Shown: in pieces, positions 15,736-25,260 of the stretch
How the letters are laid out: every line of letters starts with the position of its first letter
Position numbering within the stretch: the stretch's first letter is position 1
From: Cereibacter sphaeroides 2.4.1
Lineage (GTDB): Bacteria > Pseudomonadota > Alphaproteobacteria > Rhodobacterales > Rhodobacteraceae
Assembly (NCBI RefSeq): GCF_000012905.2
Contig: NC_007493.2
Location: forward strand, 1,890,001 to 1,922,000
DNA: 32,000 nt
Direction: 5' to 3'
Notes under the pieces: generated by a model
Database searches by the model: none
What the model was told of the DNA's origin: nothing
Seen by the model: only the letters and a program-made list of their open reading frames with translations
Translations under genes and position numbers: made by a program

Positions 15736-17073
15736 TCATGACGGGCAGAGCTCGGCATGGATGTCGACGGCGGCATCCCGCCCCTGCGCGACCGCAGTCA
15801 CGGTCAGGTCCTCGCCGCCCGCCGCACAGTCGCCGCCCGCCCAGACGCCGGGAAGGCTCGTGCGGCCCGTCGCATCGACCGCGATCTTGCCGCCCTCGAG
15901 CGCGATCCCTTCGGGCACCTCGCCCAGCGTCTGGCCGATGGCCTTGAAGAGCTGGTCGGCCTTCAGCCGGAAGGTCTCGGACAGCAGCCTGAGCCCGCCC
16001 GGTCCATCCTCGGTATAAGCGAATTCGACCTCGCGCACCGCGCCGTTGCCATGCACCTTTACCGGAGCCGCATGCCAGATCAGCCGCACGCCGCTCGCCG
16101 TGGCATGGTCCTGCTCGTGGCGCGAGGCGCTCATCTTCTCCTGCCCGCGGCGGTAGACGATGGTCACGTTCTCGGCCCCGAGGAGCTTGGCCTGCACGCC
16201 CGCGTCGATGGCCGTCATGCCGCCGCCGATCACCACCACGTCCCGCCCGATGGGCAGCGACGCCAGATCCTCGGCCTGACGGAGCGCCGCGATGAAGTCC
16301 ACCGCCGGGTGGACATGCTCGCGATCCTCGCCCTCGGCGCGCAGGGCGTTCACCCCTGACAGCCCCATGCCGAGGAAGACCGCGTCGAACTCGGCCCGCA
16401 GCCCCTCGAGGGTGATATCGCGGCCGAGCGCCTGCCCGGTCTTCAGCGTGATCCCGCCGATCATCAGAAGCCAGTCGACCTCGGCCTGCGCGAAGTTGTC
16501 CGGCGTCTTGTAGCTTGCGATGCCGTACTCGTTGAGCCCGCCGGGCTTCGGCCGGGCGTCGAAGATCGTGACCTCGTGGCCCAGCATGGCCAGACGGTGC
16601 GCGGCCGACAGGCCCGCGGGCCCCGCCCCCACCACGGCCACCCGCTTGCCCGTTGGCTCGGCGCGCTCGAACGGATGGACGTTGCGCGCCATGAGCGTGT
16701 CGGTCGCGTGGCGCTGCAGCCGCGCGATCTCGACCGGCTTGCCCTCGGCCGTCTCGCGCACGCAGACCTCCTCGCAGAGCTGCTCGGTGGGGCAGACCCG
16801 CGCGCACATGCCGCCGAGGATGTTCTGGTTGAAGATGGTGCGCGCGGCCGCCTCGGGCGTGCCGGTCGCGATCTGGCGGATGAAGAGCGGAATGTCGATC
16901 GCCGTCGGACAGGCGGTGACGCACGGCGCGTCGTGGCAGAAGTAGCAGCGGTCCGCCGCCACCTTCGCCTCGTGGCCGTCGAGCGGCGGCTCCACATCGG
17001 AGAAGTTGCGCGCATAGGCATCCGCTGGCAGACGCCCCGGCACCACGCCGGGCGCAAGCTGGCTCATGGACAA
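15736..17073 (-). CDS. preT: NAD-dependent dihydropyrimidine dehydrogenase subunit PreT (glutamate-synthase small-subunit-like)
   Basis: Track ORF of 445 aa. N-terminal Fe-S cysteines (CYFCHDAPCVTACP, CARVCP..LCEEVC) and the dinucleotide fold VAVVGAGPAGLSAA. The track start 17073 is a TTG about 8 nt after GGGAGG. ATG 17067 (MSQLAPG...) is an alternative start. Confidence 0.9.
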   Translation of the reverse strand: MSMSQLAPGVVPGRLPADAYARNFSDVEPPLDGHEAKVAADRCYFCHDAPCVTACPTAIDIPLFIRQIATGTPEAAARTIFNQNILGGMCARVCPTEQLCEEVCVRETAEGKPVEIARLQRHATDTLMARNVHPFERAEPTGKRVAVVGAGPAGLSAAHRLAMLGHEVTIFDARPKPGGLNEYGIASYKTPDNFAQAEVDWLLMIGGITLKTGQALGRDITLEGLRAEFDAVFLGMGLSGVNALRAEGEDREHVHPAVDFIAALRQAEDLASLPIGRDVVVIGGGMTAIDAGVQAKLLGAENVTIVYRRGQEKMSASRHEQDHATASGVRLIWHAAPVKVHGNGAVREVEFAYTEDGPGGLRLLSETFRLKADQLFKAIGQTLGEVPEGIALEGGKIAVDATGRTSLPGVWAGGDCAAGGEDLTVTAVAQGRDAAVDIHAELCPS

Positions 17074-17344
17074 GATCAGGCCCTCCCTGGGCTGTTGTTT
17101 ATAGGGTCAGGCTGACACGGGTGCGTTTTTTTACCAAACGATAAATAATCGGGAGGGAGGCGGGCGCCGCCACCTGCGCGGACAAGCGCCGCTTTCGCCT
17201 GAAAAAGTGGCAGAGCCGGATGTTCTCGCGACGAACTGGCGCTTTTCTCCACCGCGCCCTTTGCGTATAAGCCCTGCAATCCGAGCGCCGGGCCGGGCCC
17301 CGCGGCCCCTCCCCAACCGGCAGAAAAGCCAACCCGAGGACGTC

Positions 17345-17839
17345 ATGAGCAAGAACAACACCGAGGCCGATGTCGCCTTCATCCAGGCCCTTGCCGAACT
17401 GCTGAACAGCAACGAGCTCACGGAACTTTCGGTCAAACGGGAATATGGCGAGGACGACAGCCTCGAGGTCCGCGTGGTCAAGCAGGCCAACATCGTGACG
17501 ACCCAGGTTGCGGCGCCGATGATGGCCGCCGCCCCCGCGGCGATGCCGGCGGTCGGCGGTGCCCCCGCCGCCGCTCCGGCCGCGGTCGAGGATCCGGCCC
17601 AGCATCCGGGCGCCGTCACCTCGCCCATGGTGGGCACCGTCTATATCGCCCCCGAGCCGGGCGCCTCGCCCTTCGTCACCGTGGGCGCCACCGTGACCGA
17701 GGGGCAGACGCTCCTCATCATCGAGGCGATGAAGACCATGAACCACATCCCCGCCCCGCGCGCGGGCACGGTGAAGCGGGTCCTCGTCTCGGACGGCACG
17801 GCGGTCGAATACGGCGCGCCCCTCATGATCATCGAGTGA
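17345..17839 (+). CDS. accB: acetyl-CoA carboxylase biotin carboxyl carrier protein
   Basis: C-terminal 164 aa of track ORF 17207..17839, from ATG 17345 ([10 protein letters not shown]...) behind GAGGA. Ala/Pro-rich linker and the biotinylation motif EAMKTMN. Confidence 0.9.
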   Translation: MSKNNTEADVAFIQALAELLNSNELTELSVKREYGEDDSLEVRVVKQANIVTTQVAAPMMAAAPAAMPAVGGAPAAAPAAVEDPAQHPGAVTSPMVGTVYIAPEPGASPFVTVGATVTEGQTLLIIEAMKTMNHIPAPRAGTVKRVLVSDGTAVEYGAPLMIIE

Positions 17840-17846
17840 GGCGCCG

Positions 17847-19193
17847 ATGTTCGAAAAGATCCTGATCGCCAACCGCGGCGAGATCGCCTTGCGCGTGATC
17901 CGCGCCTGCCAGGAGATGGGGATCAAGTCGGTCGCCGTCCATTCGACCGCGGACGCCGATGCCATGCATGTCCGCATGGCCGATGAGAGCGTCTGCATCG
18001 GCCCGGCCTCCTCGACCGACAGCTATCTCAACAAGGCCTCGATCATCTCGGCCTGCGAGATCACCGGGGCCGAGGCCGTCCATCCGGGTTACGGCTTCCT
18101 CTCCGAGAACGCGGCCTTCGCCCAGGCGCTGCAGGACCACGGGATCGAGTTCATCGGCCCGACCGCGGACCATATCCGCATCATGGGCGACAAGATCACC
18201 GCCAAGGACACGATGAAGGCTCTGGGCGTGCCCTGCGTGCCCGGCTCCGACGGCGGCGTGCCCGACTACGAGACGGCCATCGCCACGGCCAGAGACATCG
18301 GCTTCCCGGTCATCATCAAGGCCACGGCGGGCGGCGGCGGGCGCGGCATGAAGGTCGCGCGGAACGAGCAGGAACTCGAGATCGCCTTCCGCACCGCGCG
18401 TTCGGAAGCCAAGGCCGCCTTCGGCAACGACGAAGTCTATATGGAGAAATATCTCCAGAAGCCGCGGCACATCGAGATCCAGGTGTTCGGCGACGGCAAG
18501 GGCCGCGCGGTCCATCTGGGCGAGCGTGACTGCTCGCTGCAGCGGCGGCACCAGAAGGTGTTCGAGGAAGCCCCGGGTCCGGTCATCACCCCCGAGATGC
18601 GTGCGGAGATCGGCAGGATCTGCGCCGACGCGGTGGCGCGGATCAACTACATCGGCGCGGGCACGATCGAATTCCTCTACGAGGACGGCCAGTTCTACTT
18701 CATCGAGATGAACACCCGCCTGCAGGTGGAGCATCCGGTGACCGAGGCGATCTTCGGCGTCGATCTCGTGCGCGAGCAGATCCGGGTCGCGGCGGGCCTG
18801 CCGATGAGCTTCAATCAGGATGCGCTGGAGATCAACGGCCACGCCATCGAGGTGCGGATCAACGCCGAGAAGCTGCCGAACTTTTCGCCCTGCCCCGGCA
18901 AGGTGCGGGTCTTCCACGCGCCGGGCGGCCTCGGGGTGCGGATGGATTCGGCCCTCTATGGCGGCTATTCCATCCCGCCCTATTACGACAGCCTGATCGG
19001 CAAGCTGATCGTGCACGGCCGCGACCGGCCCGAGGCGCTGGCGCGCCTGCACCGCGCCCTGGGCGAGCTGATCGTGGACGGGATCGACACGACGGTGCCG
19101 CTGTTCCACGCGCTTCTGGCCGAGCCCGACATCCAGAATGGCGACTACAATATCCACTGGCTGGAAAAATGGCTCGCCGCCCAGTTCGGCTGA
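17847..19193 (+). CDS. accC: acetyl-CoA carboxylase biotin carboxylase subunit
   Basis: Track ORF of 448 aa ([21 protein letters not shown]...). ATP-grasp motifs GGGGRGM and [14 protein letters not shown]. Starts 8 nt after the accB stop. Confidence 0.95.
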   Translation: MFEKILIANRGEIALRVIRACQEMGIKSVAVHSTADADAMHVRMADESVCIGPASSTDSYLNKASIISACEITGAEAVHPGYGFLSENAAFAQALQDHGIEFIGPTADHIRIMGDKITAKDTMKALGVPCVPGSDGGVPDYETAIATARDIGFPVIIKATAGGGGRGMKVARNEQELEIAFRTARSEAKAAFGNDEVYMEKYLQKPRHIEIQVFGDGKGRAVHLGERDCSLQRRHQKVFEEAPGPVITPEMRAEIGRICADAVARINYIGAGTIEFLYEDGQFYFIEMNTRLQVEHPVTEAIFGVDLVREQIRVAAGLPMSFNQDALEINGHAIEVRINAEKLPNFSPCPGKVRVFHAPGGLGVRMDSALYGGYSIPPYYDSLIGKLIVHGRDRPEALARLHRALGELIVDGIDTTVPLFHALLAEPDIQNGDYNIHWLEKWLAAQFG

Positions 19194-19212
19194 CACATCC
19201 CGCGGGCGGCGC

Positions 19213-19857
19213 ATGAAGCCGCCCGCGCTGACGCCCCGCCTGCTCCTGCGGGCCTATGCGCTCGGCATCTTCCCGATGGCCGAATCCCGCGACGATCCCG
19301 AGATCCACTGGATCGACCCGCGGCACCGCGGCATCTTCCCGCTCGATGGGTTCCACATCTCGCGCAGCCTCGCCCGCCGCATCCGCCGGATGGACTGGCG
19401 CGTGAGCGTGGATGAGGATTTCGCCGCCACCGTCGAGGCCTGCGCGGACCGCGAGGAGACCTGGATCAACCCCACCATCTTCCGCCTCTATGTCGAGCTC
19501 CATGCGCTCGGACACGCCCATTCGCTCGAGGTGCGCGAGGGCGAGACGCTGGTGGGCGGCGTCTACGGGGTGACGCTGGGCCGGGCCTTCTTCGGCGAGA
19601 GCATGTTCTCGCACCGCACCGATGCCTCGAAGGTGGCGCTGGCCTTCCTGATCGACCGGCTGCGGGCGGGCGGCTTCACGCTCTTCGACACGCAGTTCCT
19701 GACGCCGCACCTCGCCTCGCTGGGGGCCATCGAGATCCGGCGCTCGGACTATCACCAGAGGCTCACCGAGGCGCTCGAGGGCAACGCGAGCTTCACCCCC
19801 GAGGGCTACTGGGCCGATCCCGCCTCAGTGGTGCAGCGCAACAGCCAGACATCGTAG
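19213..19857 (+). CDS. aat: leucyl/phenylalanyl-tRNA--protein transferase
   Basis: ORF 19138..19857 trimmed to ATG 19213 (MKPPALTPRLLLRAYALGIFPMAE...). Family motifs GIFPM, WINP, GESMFS and FDTQ are present. Confidence 0.9.
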   Translation: MKPPALTPRLLLRAYALGIFPMAESRDDPEIHWIDPRHRGIFPLDGFHISRSLARRIRRMDWRVSVDEDFAATVEACADREETWINPTIFRLYVELHALGHAHSLEVREGETLVGGVYGVTLGRAFFGESMFSHRTDASKVALAFLIDRLRAGGFTLFDTQFLTPHLASLGAIEIRRSDYHQRLTEALEGNASFTPEGYWADPASVVQRNSQTS

Positions 19858-20177
19858 CGCGGATGGTCGAGCGCCGAGAGCGCCGGGCTCGAGGCGATCA
19901 TCCAGCCGTCGAACACGGGCTCGGCTGCGCGCGAATCGCGGATCGTCAGATGGGCATAGGCATCCGAGGCCGGGTCTCCGGCCGGGAAGCGGCATTCGTC
20001 GAGTTCGATGGTCAGATGGCCGCTGACGGCCGACTGGCCGCGCTGCAGCTCGACGTCGGCGGTCTCGCCCGACATCTTGTCGAGCCAGCGCAGCAGGGCG
20101 CCGGTGCCTTCCCCGGTGCGCTGGTCCTGCGCCCAGGCGGGCGCCGCCAGAAGCAGCAGCACCGCCAGAAGCCTCAT
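19806..20177 (-). CDS. DUF2155-like secreted protein
   Basis: Track ORF of 123 aa with signal peptide MRLLAVLLLLAAPAWA. Its ATG overlaps the MlaD stop as ATGA. Its 3' end overlaps the convergent aat gene by 52 nt. Confidence 0.7.
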   Translation of the reverse strand: MRLLAVLLLLAAPAWAQDQRTGEGTGALLRWLDKMSGETADVELQRGQSAVSGHLTIELDECRFPAGDPASDAYAHLTIRDSRAAEPVFDGWMIASSPALSALDHPRYDVWLLRCTTEAGSAQ

Positions 20178-20644
20178 TCGCCGGGCCCCTTCACCGTGTC
20201 CTCGGCGCCCGAGCCCACGAATTTCATCAGGAGCGAGATCAGGCTGACGGAGCCCTGGGTATCCTCGATCTCCTCGCCCGCAGCGAGCGTCTCGAGCGCA
20301 CCGCCGGGCACCAGTTCGACATAGTTGCCGCCCAGCAGCCCCTCGGACGAGATGAGGATCGCAGAATCGGTCGGCAGCTCGATGCCCTGCTTCACCGAGA
20401 TGGTGGCGTCGGCGAAATAGGTCTGCGGGTTCAGCGCGAGCCCCGTGACCGAGCCCACCTTCACGCCCGCGAGCCGCACATCCGTGCCGACGGAGATGCC
20501 GTCGACCGACCGGAAGCTCGCCTTCAGCGGATAGGAGCCGCTGTCGCGCGTGATGCCGGCCACCTGCCCTGCATAGACGATGAAGCCGATGGCGGCTGCC
20601 AGCACGGCGGCGCCGGCGAGAAGTTCTGACCGGTTTTCAGCCAT
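20174..20644 (-). CDS. MlaD-family (MCE domain) outer-membrane lipid asymmetry protein
   Basis: ORF 20174..20659 trimmed to ATG 20644 ([25 protein letters not shown]...). N-terminal TM segment plus MCE domain. Its ATG overlaps the TAA stop of the NDUFA12-like gene as TAATG. Confidence 0.8.
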   Translation of the reverse strand: MAENRSELLAGAAVLAAAIGFIVYAGQVAGITRDSGSYPLKASFRSVDGISVGTDVRLAGVKVGSVTGLALNPQTYFADATISVKQGIELPTDSAILISSEGLLGGNYVELVPGGALETLAAGEEIEDTQGSVSLISLLMKFVGSGAEDTVKGPGE

Positions 20645-21018
20645 TATTCGGGCTGCCACGCCTCGTAGTCACGCCGGGCCACGGGCTCGGTGCGACGGAT
20701 CGATCCGGGAGGCGCATAGGCGGCCGCGGTCCCCGTGAGGTTCTCCACATGCGGCTTCTCCCAGGGCTTGTGGGCGAGCGGCTTCGACGTCGGCGGATCG
20801 TCCCACGTGTTGTGGAGCCAGCCGTGCCAGTCGGCCCCGATCCGGCTCGCCTCGATCTCGCCGTTGTAGATAACCCAGCGACGCTTGCCGTCCTTCGAGG
20901 TGTAGAAGAGATTGCCCTGCTCGTCCTCGCCGACCTTCACGCCGTTGCGCCAGGTGAAGAGCTGGGTGCCGAGCGTCTGGCCGGTCCACCAGGTGATCGC
21001 ACGCTTGAGAATGGACAT
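20644..21018 (-). CDS. NADH:ubiquinone oxidoreductase subunit NDUFA12 (B17.2) family protein
   Basis: Track ORF of 124 aa ([39 protein letters not shown]...WHGWLH...). Typical NDUFA12 signature. Confidence 0.85.
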   Translation of the reverse strand: MSILKRAITWWTGQTLGTQLFTWRNGVKVGEDEQGNLFYTSKDGKRRWVIYNGEIEASRIGADWHGWLHNTWDDPPTSKPLAHKPWEKPHVENLTGTAAAYAPPGSIRRTEPVARRDYEAWQPE

Positions 21019-21083
21019 CCGCGAGCCTCCGAAAGCTGTTGCCCCGATATGGCAAATGCCGCCGCCGAGGTCCAGCAGGAACG

Positions 21084-21119
21084 GCAGAAAAGAAGAAGGC
21101 GGGCGCCCGGCCCGCCTTC
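21084..21119 (-). terminator. rho-independent terminator downstream of clpX
   Basis: On the minus strand: GAAGGCGGGC-cgggc-GCCCGCCTTC (10-bp stem) followed by TTCTTTTCTG. Starts 24 nt after the clpX stop. Confidence 0.6.
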
Positions 21120-21142
21120 ACATCCACGCGCGGAGGCGGCCG

Positions 21143-22408
21143 TCAGCTGGCGGTCGCGTCCTTCTTCTTCGTGACCTCGGTGTAGATCAGGAGCGGCTTG
21201 GCCCCGGAATTCACCGCTTCCTCGTTCACGACCACCTCTTCCACGCCCTCGAGGCCCGGAAGCTCGAACATCGTGTCGAGCAGAATGTCTTCCATGATCG
21301 AGCGGAGGCCGCGGGCGCCGGTCTTGCGCTTGATCGCGCGCTTGGCGATGGCGGTCAGCGCGTCGGCGGTGAAGGTGAGCTTCACGCCCTCGATCTCGAA
21401 CAGCCGCTGGTACTGCTTGACCAGTGCATTCTTCGGCTCGGTCAGGATCGTCACCAGCGCCGCCTCGTCGAGGTCGGTCAGGGTGGCGATCACGGGCAGA
21501 CGGCCGACGAATTCGGGGATCAGGCCGAACTTCGGCAGATCCTCGGGCTCGAGCTCCTTGAAGAGCTCGCCCACGCCGCGGGCATCCGGGTCCTTGACCT
21601 CGGCGCCGAAGCCGATGCCCGAGCCCTTGCCGCGCTGCGCGATGATCTTTTCCAGTCCCGCGAAGGCGCCGCCGCAGATGAACAGGATATTCGTCGTGTC
21701 CACCTGCAGGAATTCCTGCTGCGGATGCTTGCGCCCGCCCTGCGGGGGAACGCTCGCCACGGTGCCTTCCATGATCTTCAGCAGCGCCTGCTGCACCCCC
21801 TCGCCCGACACGTCGCGCGTGATCGAGGGATTGTCGGACTTGCGGGTGATCTTGTCGACCTCGTCGATATAGACGATGCCGCGCTGCACCCGCTCGACGT
21901 TGTATTCCGAGGCCTGAAGCAGCTTCAGGATGATGTTCTCGACATCCTCGCCGACATAGCCCGCTTCGGTCAGAGTGGTCGCATCCGCCATGGTGAAGGG
22001 CACGTCGAGGATCCGGGCCAGCGTCTGCGCGAGCAGCGTCTTGCCGCAGCCCGTGGGGCCGATCAGCAGGATGTTCGACTTCGAAAGCTCGATGTCGGTC
22101 TTGGAACTGTGATTGAGCCGCTTGTAGTGGTTGTGCACCGCGACCGACAGCACGCGCTTGGCGTGCATCTGCCCGATGACGTAATCATCGAGCACCTTGC
22201 AGATCTCGCGCGGGGTCGGAACGCCGTCGGCCGACTTGAGGCCGGTCGATTTCGTCTCTTCGCGGATGATGTCCATGCAGAGCTCGACGCACTCATCGCA
22301 GATGAACACGGTCGGCCCTGCGATCAGCTTGCGCACCTCATGCTGGCTCTTGCCGCAGAAAGAGCAGTAGAGAGTGTTCTTGCTGTCGCTGCCAGTATTG
22401 TTCGCCAT
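21143..22408 (-). CDS. clpX: ATP-dependent Clp protease ATP-binding subunit ClpX
   Basis: Track ORF of 421 aa. N-terminal zinc-binding [27 protein letters not shown], Walker A GPTGCGKT, and IVYIDEVDK. Confidence 0.97.
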   Translation of the reverse strand: MANNTGSDSKNTLYCSFCGKSQHEVRKLIAGPTVFICDECVELCMDIIREETKSTGLKSADGVPTPREICKVLDDYVIGQMHAKRVLSVAVHNHYKRLNHSSKTDIELSKSNILLIGPTGCGKTLLAQTLARILDVPFTMADATTLTEAGYVGEDVENIILKLLQASEYNVERVQRGIVYIDEVDKITRKSDNPSITRDVSGEGVQQALLKIMEGTVASVPPQGGRKHPQQEFLQVDTTNILFICGGAFAGLEKIIAQRGKGSGIGFGAEVKDPDARGVGELFKELEPEDLPKFGLIPEFVGRLPVIATLTDLDEAALVTILTEPKNALVKQYQRLFEIEGVKLTFTADALTAIAKRAIKRKTGARGLRSIMEDILLDTMFELPGLEGVEEVVVNEEAVNSGAKPLLIYTEVTKKKDATAS

Positions 22409-22497
22409 CGTCGTCCTCTGCCGTGCGGCTTGGGGCCTGCCCTGCCGGCTTGAAGCGAAAGTCTAGGACAAGCCCCGGACCTTCACAACGCCAAATC

Positions 22498-22526
22498 GCC
22501 CTCCGCCGATGCACCCGGCGGAGGGC
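22498..22526 (-). terminator. hairpin (11-bp stem GCCCTCCGCCG / CGGCGGAGGGC) between clpP and clpX; possible attenuator
   Basis: Begins 7 nt after the clpP stop. On the minus strand it is followed by GATTTGG, a weak U-tract. Confidence 0.4.
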
Positions 22527-22532
22527 CGTTCG

Positions 22533-23165
22533 TCACTTCGCCGTGTCGTCGGGCCGGTTGCGGCTCTCGAGGATTTCGTCGATCAGGCCCCAGGCCTTGG
22601 CATCCTCGGCCGACATGAAATTGTCCCGCTCGAGAGCGGCTTCCACGGTTTCGAGGTCCTGCCCGGTGTGCCGGACGTAGATCTCGTTCAGCCGGCGCTT
22701 GAGCTTTTCCGTCTCGCGCGCGTGAATCATGATGTCGGTGGCCTGCCCCTGGTAGCCGCCCGAGGGCTGGTGAACCATGACGCGGCTGTTCGGGAGCGAG
22801 AAGCGCATCCCCTTTTCGCCCGCGGTGAGCAGCAGCGAGCCCATCGAGGCCGCCTGCCCGATCACCAGCGTCGAGACCTTCGGCCGGATGTACTGCATCG
22901 TGTCGTAGATCGACAGGCCCGAGGTCACCACGCCCCCGGGCGAGTTGATGTACATCGCGATTTCCTTCGAGGGGTTCTCGGCCTCGAGGAACAGCAGCTG
23001 CGCGCAGATGAGCGACGACATGCCGTCGTGCACCGGCCCGGAGAGGAAGATGATCCGCTCCTTCAGCATCCGGCTGTAGATATCATAGGCCCGTTCGCCC
23101 CGGCTGGTCTGTTCGACCACCATCGGCACGAGCGTGTTCATGTAGAGATCGATAGGGTCTTTCAT
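22533..23165 (-). CDS. clpP: ATP-dependent Clp protease proteolytic subunit ClpP
   Basis: Track ORF of 210 aa. [29 protein letters not shown], and the catalytic Ser context GQAASMGS. Confidence 0.97.
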
Positions 23166-23257
23166 GTGCGCCTGCTGTCCCGTGACGTTTGCAAGGATTA
23201 TCGTCCAGCTGTTACCCGAGTCTTAGTGGCGAGCCCCCGCCCCCGCAAGGGCGGTGG

Positions 23258-23312
23258 AAAAAATGGCCCGGCTCCCGTTCCTCTCCCTTGAAGCGGAGGA
23301 AGCCCGGGCCAT
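23258..23312 (-). terminator. rho-independent terminator downstream of the CDP-alcohol phosphatidyltransferase gene
   Basis: On the minus strand: a long imperfect hairpin (outer arms ATGGCCCGG / CCGGGCCAT, inner arms GAGGAA / TTCCTC) followed directly by TTTTTT. Starts 20 nt after the stop codon. Confidence 0.6.
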
Positions 23313-23331
23313 GGGCCGCCCTCACAGAAGG

Positions 23332-23940
23332 TCAGTCGCGAAAGAGCCTGCGGGCGAGCAGGACGCGGCTCGCCGCGGTCACGAAGCAGAGGGCGCCGAA
23401 AATCCAGGCGGCCGGCGCGAAGAGCCCCGGAAAGAGGCAGAGGAAGAGGAAGAACAGGATCGTCTCGCTGCCTTCCAGAAGCCCTGCCGTGAAGTAGAGC
23501 GACTTCTCGCCGCGGGCCGTCGTCTCCATCCCGCGCTTTGCGGCCAGCACGGCAAAGCCCAGAAAGCTCGCGCCGTTCACATAGAAAGAGGCGAGCAGAA
23601 AGGCGCCGGCCGCCCCGTTTTCAGGCGCGCGCAGCACGAAGGCGAGCGGTAAGGCCGCGTAGAACAGGAAGTCGCATGTGATGTCGAGATAGCCGCCGAA
23701 GTCGGTCCTGCGTCCCGCACGCGCGATCGCGCCGTCGAGCCCGTCGGCGATCCGGCCCGCGAGAAGCGGCAGGATCGCCCAGAGGGTGGAGGCACCCGCC
23801 GCCACCAGCCCCGCCGCGAGGAGCCCGAGCGCAAGGCCCACCATCGTCACGGCATCCGCGCTCCAGCCGCGGCGGGCGAGCATGGGCCCCGCACGGTCGA
23901 GCGGCGGGTCGATCAGGCGTCGCATCAGACCGTCGAGCAT
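23332..23940 (-). CDS. CDP-alcohol phosphatidyltransferase family protein (202 aa)
   Basis: C-terminal part of track ORF 23332..24441, from ATG 23940 (MLDGLMRRLIDPPL...) behind AGGAGG. Signature DGLDGAIARAGRRTDFGGYLDITCD matches D-G-x2-A-R-x8-G-x3-D-x3-D. Confidence 0.8.
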   Translation of the reverse strand: MLDGLMRRLIDPPLDRAGPMLARRGWSADAVTMVGLALGLLAAGLVAAGASTLWAILPLLAGRIADGLDGAIARAGRRTDFGGYLDITCDFLFYAALPLAFVLRAPENGAAGAFLLASFYVNGASFLGFAVLAAKRGMETTARGEKSLYFTAGLLEGSETILFFLFLCLFPGLFAPAAWIFGALCFVTAASRVLLARRLFRD

Positions 23941-24054
23941 GGCACCTCCTGTGTGCCCTCTGTGGCCGAAGCGGCGGGCTCGTGCAACGGGGGCGATTGC
24001 GGGGGCCCCGCGCCTCACGCTAAGCCGGGGGCGAGCCACAGAAGGGAGAGCGGG

Positions 24055-25260
24055 ATGTTCGGACGGATCATGGGGGCGGCACTGGTCTGCCTCGCGGCGC
24101 TGACGCCCGCGGCAGAGGCCGAGACGGGGTGGGACGCGGTGCTGGCCGAGGCGGAGGGCCAGACCGTCTACTGGCACGCCTGGGGTGGCGATCCGAAGAT
24201 CAACGCCTTCATCGCCTGGGTAGGCGAGCAGGCCCGCGCCCGCCACGGTTTCATGCTCGAGCAGGTGAAGCTCGCCGACACGACCGAGGCGGTGGCGCGC
24301 GTGCTGGCCGAGAAGCAGGCCGGCCGCACCGAGGGCGGGGCGGTCGATCTCATCTGGATCAACGGCGAGAATTTCGCGGCGATGAAGGCGCAGGGCCTGC
24401 TGTCCGAGCCCTTCGCCGAGAGCCTGCCGAACTGGACCCATGTCGATGTGGCGGGCAAGCCCGCCGTCGTCACCGACTTCACCGAACCCACGGGCGGGCT
24501 AGAAAGCCCCTGGGCCATGGCGCAGCTCGTGTTCGAGCATGACAGCGCGCGGCTGCCCGCGCCGCCCCGGACGCTCGCCCAGCTCCTCGCCTGGATCGAG
24601 GTCAATCCGGGTCGCTTCACCTTCCCGCAGCCGCCGGACTATCTGGGAACCACCTTCCTCAAGCAGGTGCTCTATGGCGTGATCGAGGATCCCGGGCTCC
24701 TCCAGAAGCCGGTCGATCCCGCCACCTACGAGACCGTCACCGCGCCGCTCTGGACCTGGCTCGACCGCGCCGAGCCCTACCTCTGGCGTGAGGGGCGCGC
24801 CTATCCGGCCAATGAGCCCGCGCTCGGCCAGCTCTTTGCCGATGGCGAGATCGCCATCTCCTTCGCCTTCAACCCCGGTCGGGCCTCTGCCGCCATCGCG
24901 GCGGGCGAACTGCCCGAGACGGTGCGCACCTTCACGCTGGAGGGCGGCACCATCGGCAATGCGAGCTTCGTGGCGATCCCCTTCAACGCGGCCCATGCCG
25001 CGGGGGCGAAGGTGATCGCCAACCTGCTGCTCGACCCGGAAGTGCAGGCGCGCGCGCAGGATCCGGCAGTGCTGGGTTTTCAGACCGTGCTCGATGTGGC
25101 GGCCCTGCCCGAGCCGGACCGCGCCCGCTTTGCAGCCCTCGATCTCGGCCCTGCCACGCTTGCGCCTGACGAACTGGGCCCGGCCCTCCTCGAGCCGCAC
25201 GCGAGCTGGATGGAGCGCATCGCCGAGGATTGGGTCCGCCGCTACGGGACCGCGCAGTGA
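24055..25260 (+). CDS. ABC transporter substrate-binding protein, YnjB-like
   Basis: ORF 23953..25260 trimmed to ATG 24055 (MFGRIMGAALVCLAALTPAAEA signal peptide) behind GGGAGAG. Its size and the gene order SBP / fused double permease / short ATPase mirror E. coli ynjBCD. Confidence 0.75.
   Translation: MFGRIMGAALVCLAALTPAAEAETGWDAVLAEAEGQTVYWHAWGGDPKINAFIAWVGEQARARHGFMLEQVKLADTTEAVARVLAEKQAGRTEGGAVDLIWINGENFAAMKAQGLLSEPFAESLPNWTHVDVAGKPAVVTDFTEPTGGLESPWAMAQLVFEHDSARLPAPPRTLAQLLAWIEVNPGRFTFPQPPDYLGTTFLKQVLYGVIEDPGLLQKPVDPATYETVTAPLWTWLDRAEPYLWREGRAYPANEPALGQLFADGEIAISFAFNPGRASAAIAAGELPETVRTFTLEGGTIGNASFVAIPFNAAHAAGAKVIANLLLDPEVQARAQDPAVLGFQTVLDVAALPEPDRARFAALDLGPATLAPDELGPALLEPHASWMERIAEDWVRRYGTAQ

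Noticed and set aside
23166-23257. Sigma32 (RpoH) heat-shock promoter upstream of clpP
   Set aside because: It is expected biologically, but the only CTTG-N17 candidates are followed by poor -10 elements (for example CACTAAG versus CYTATNT). I could not support a specific call.
23941-24054. Possible TPP or other riboswitch in the leader of the YnjB-like binding-protein gene
   Set aside because: The conserved TPP core elements (CUGAGA, ACCUGAUCUGGAUAAUGCCAGCG-like) are absent, and no convincing multi-stem architecture was seen by eye.
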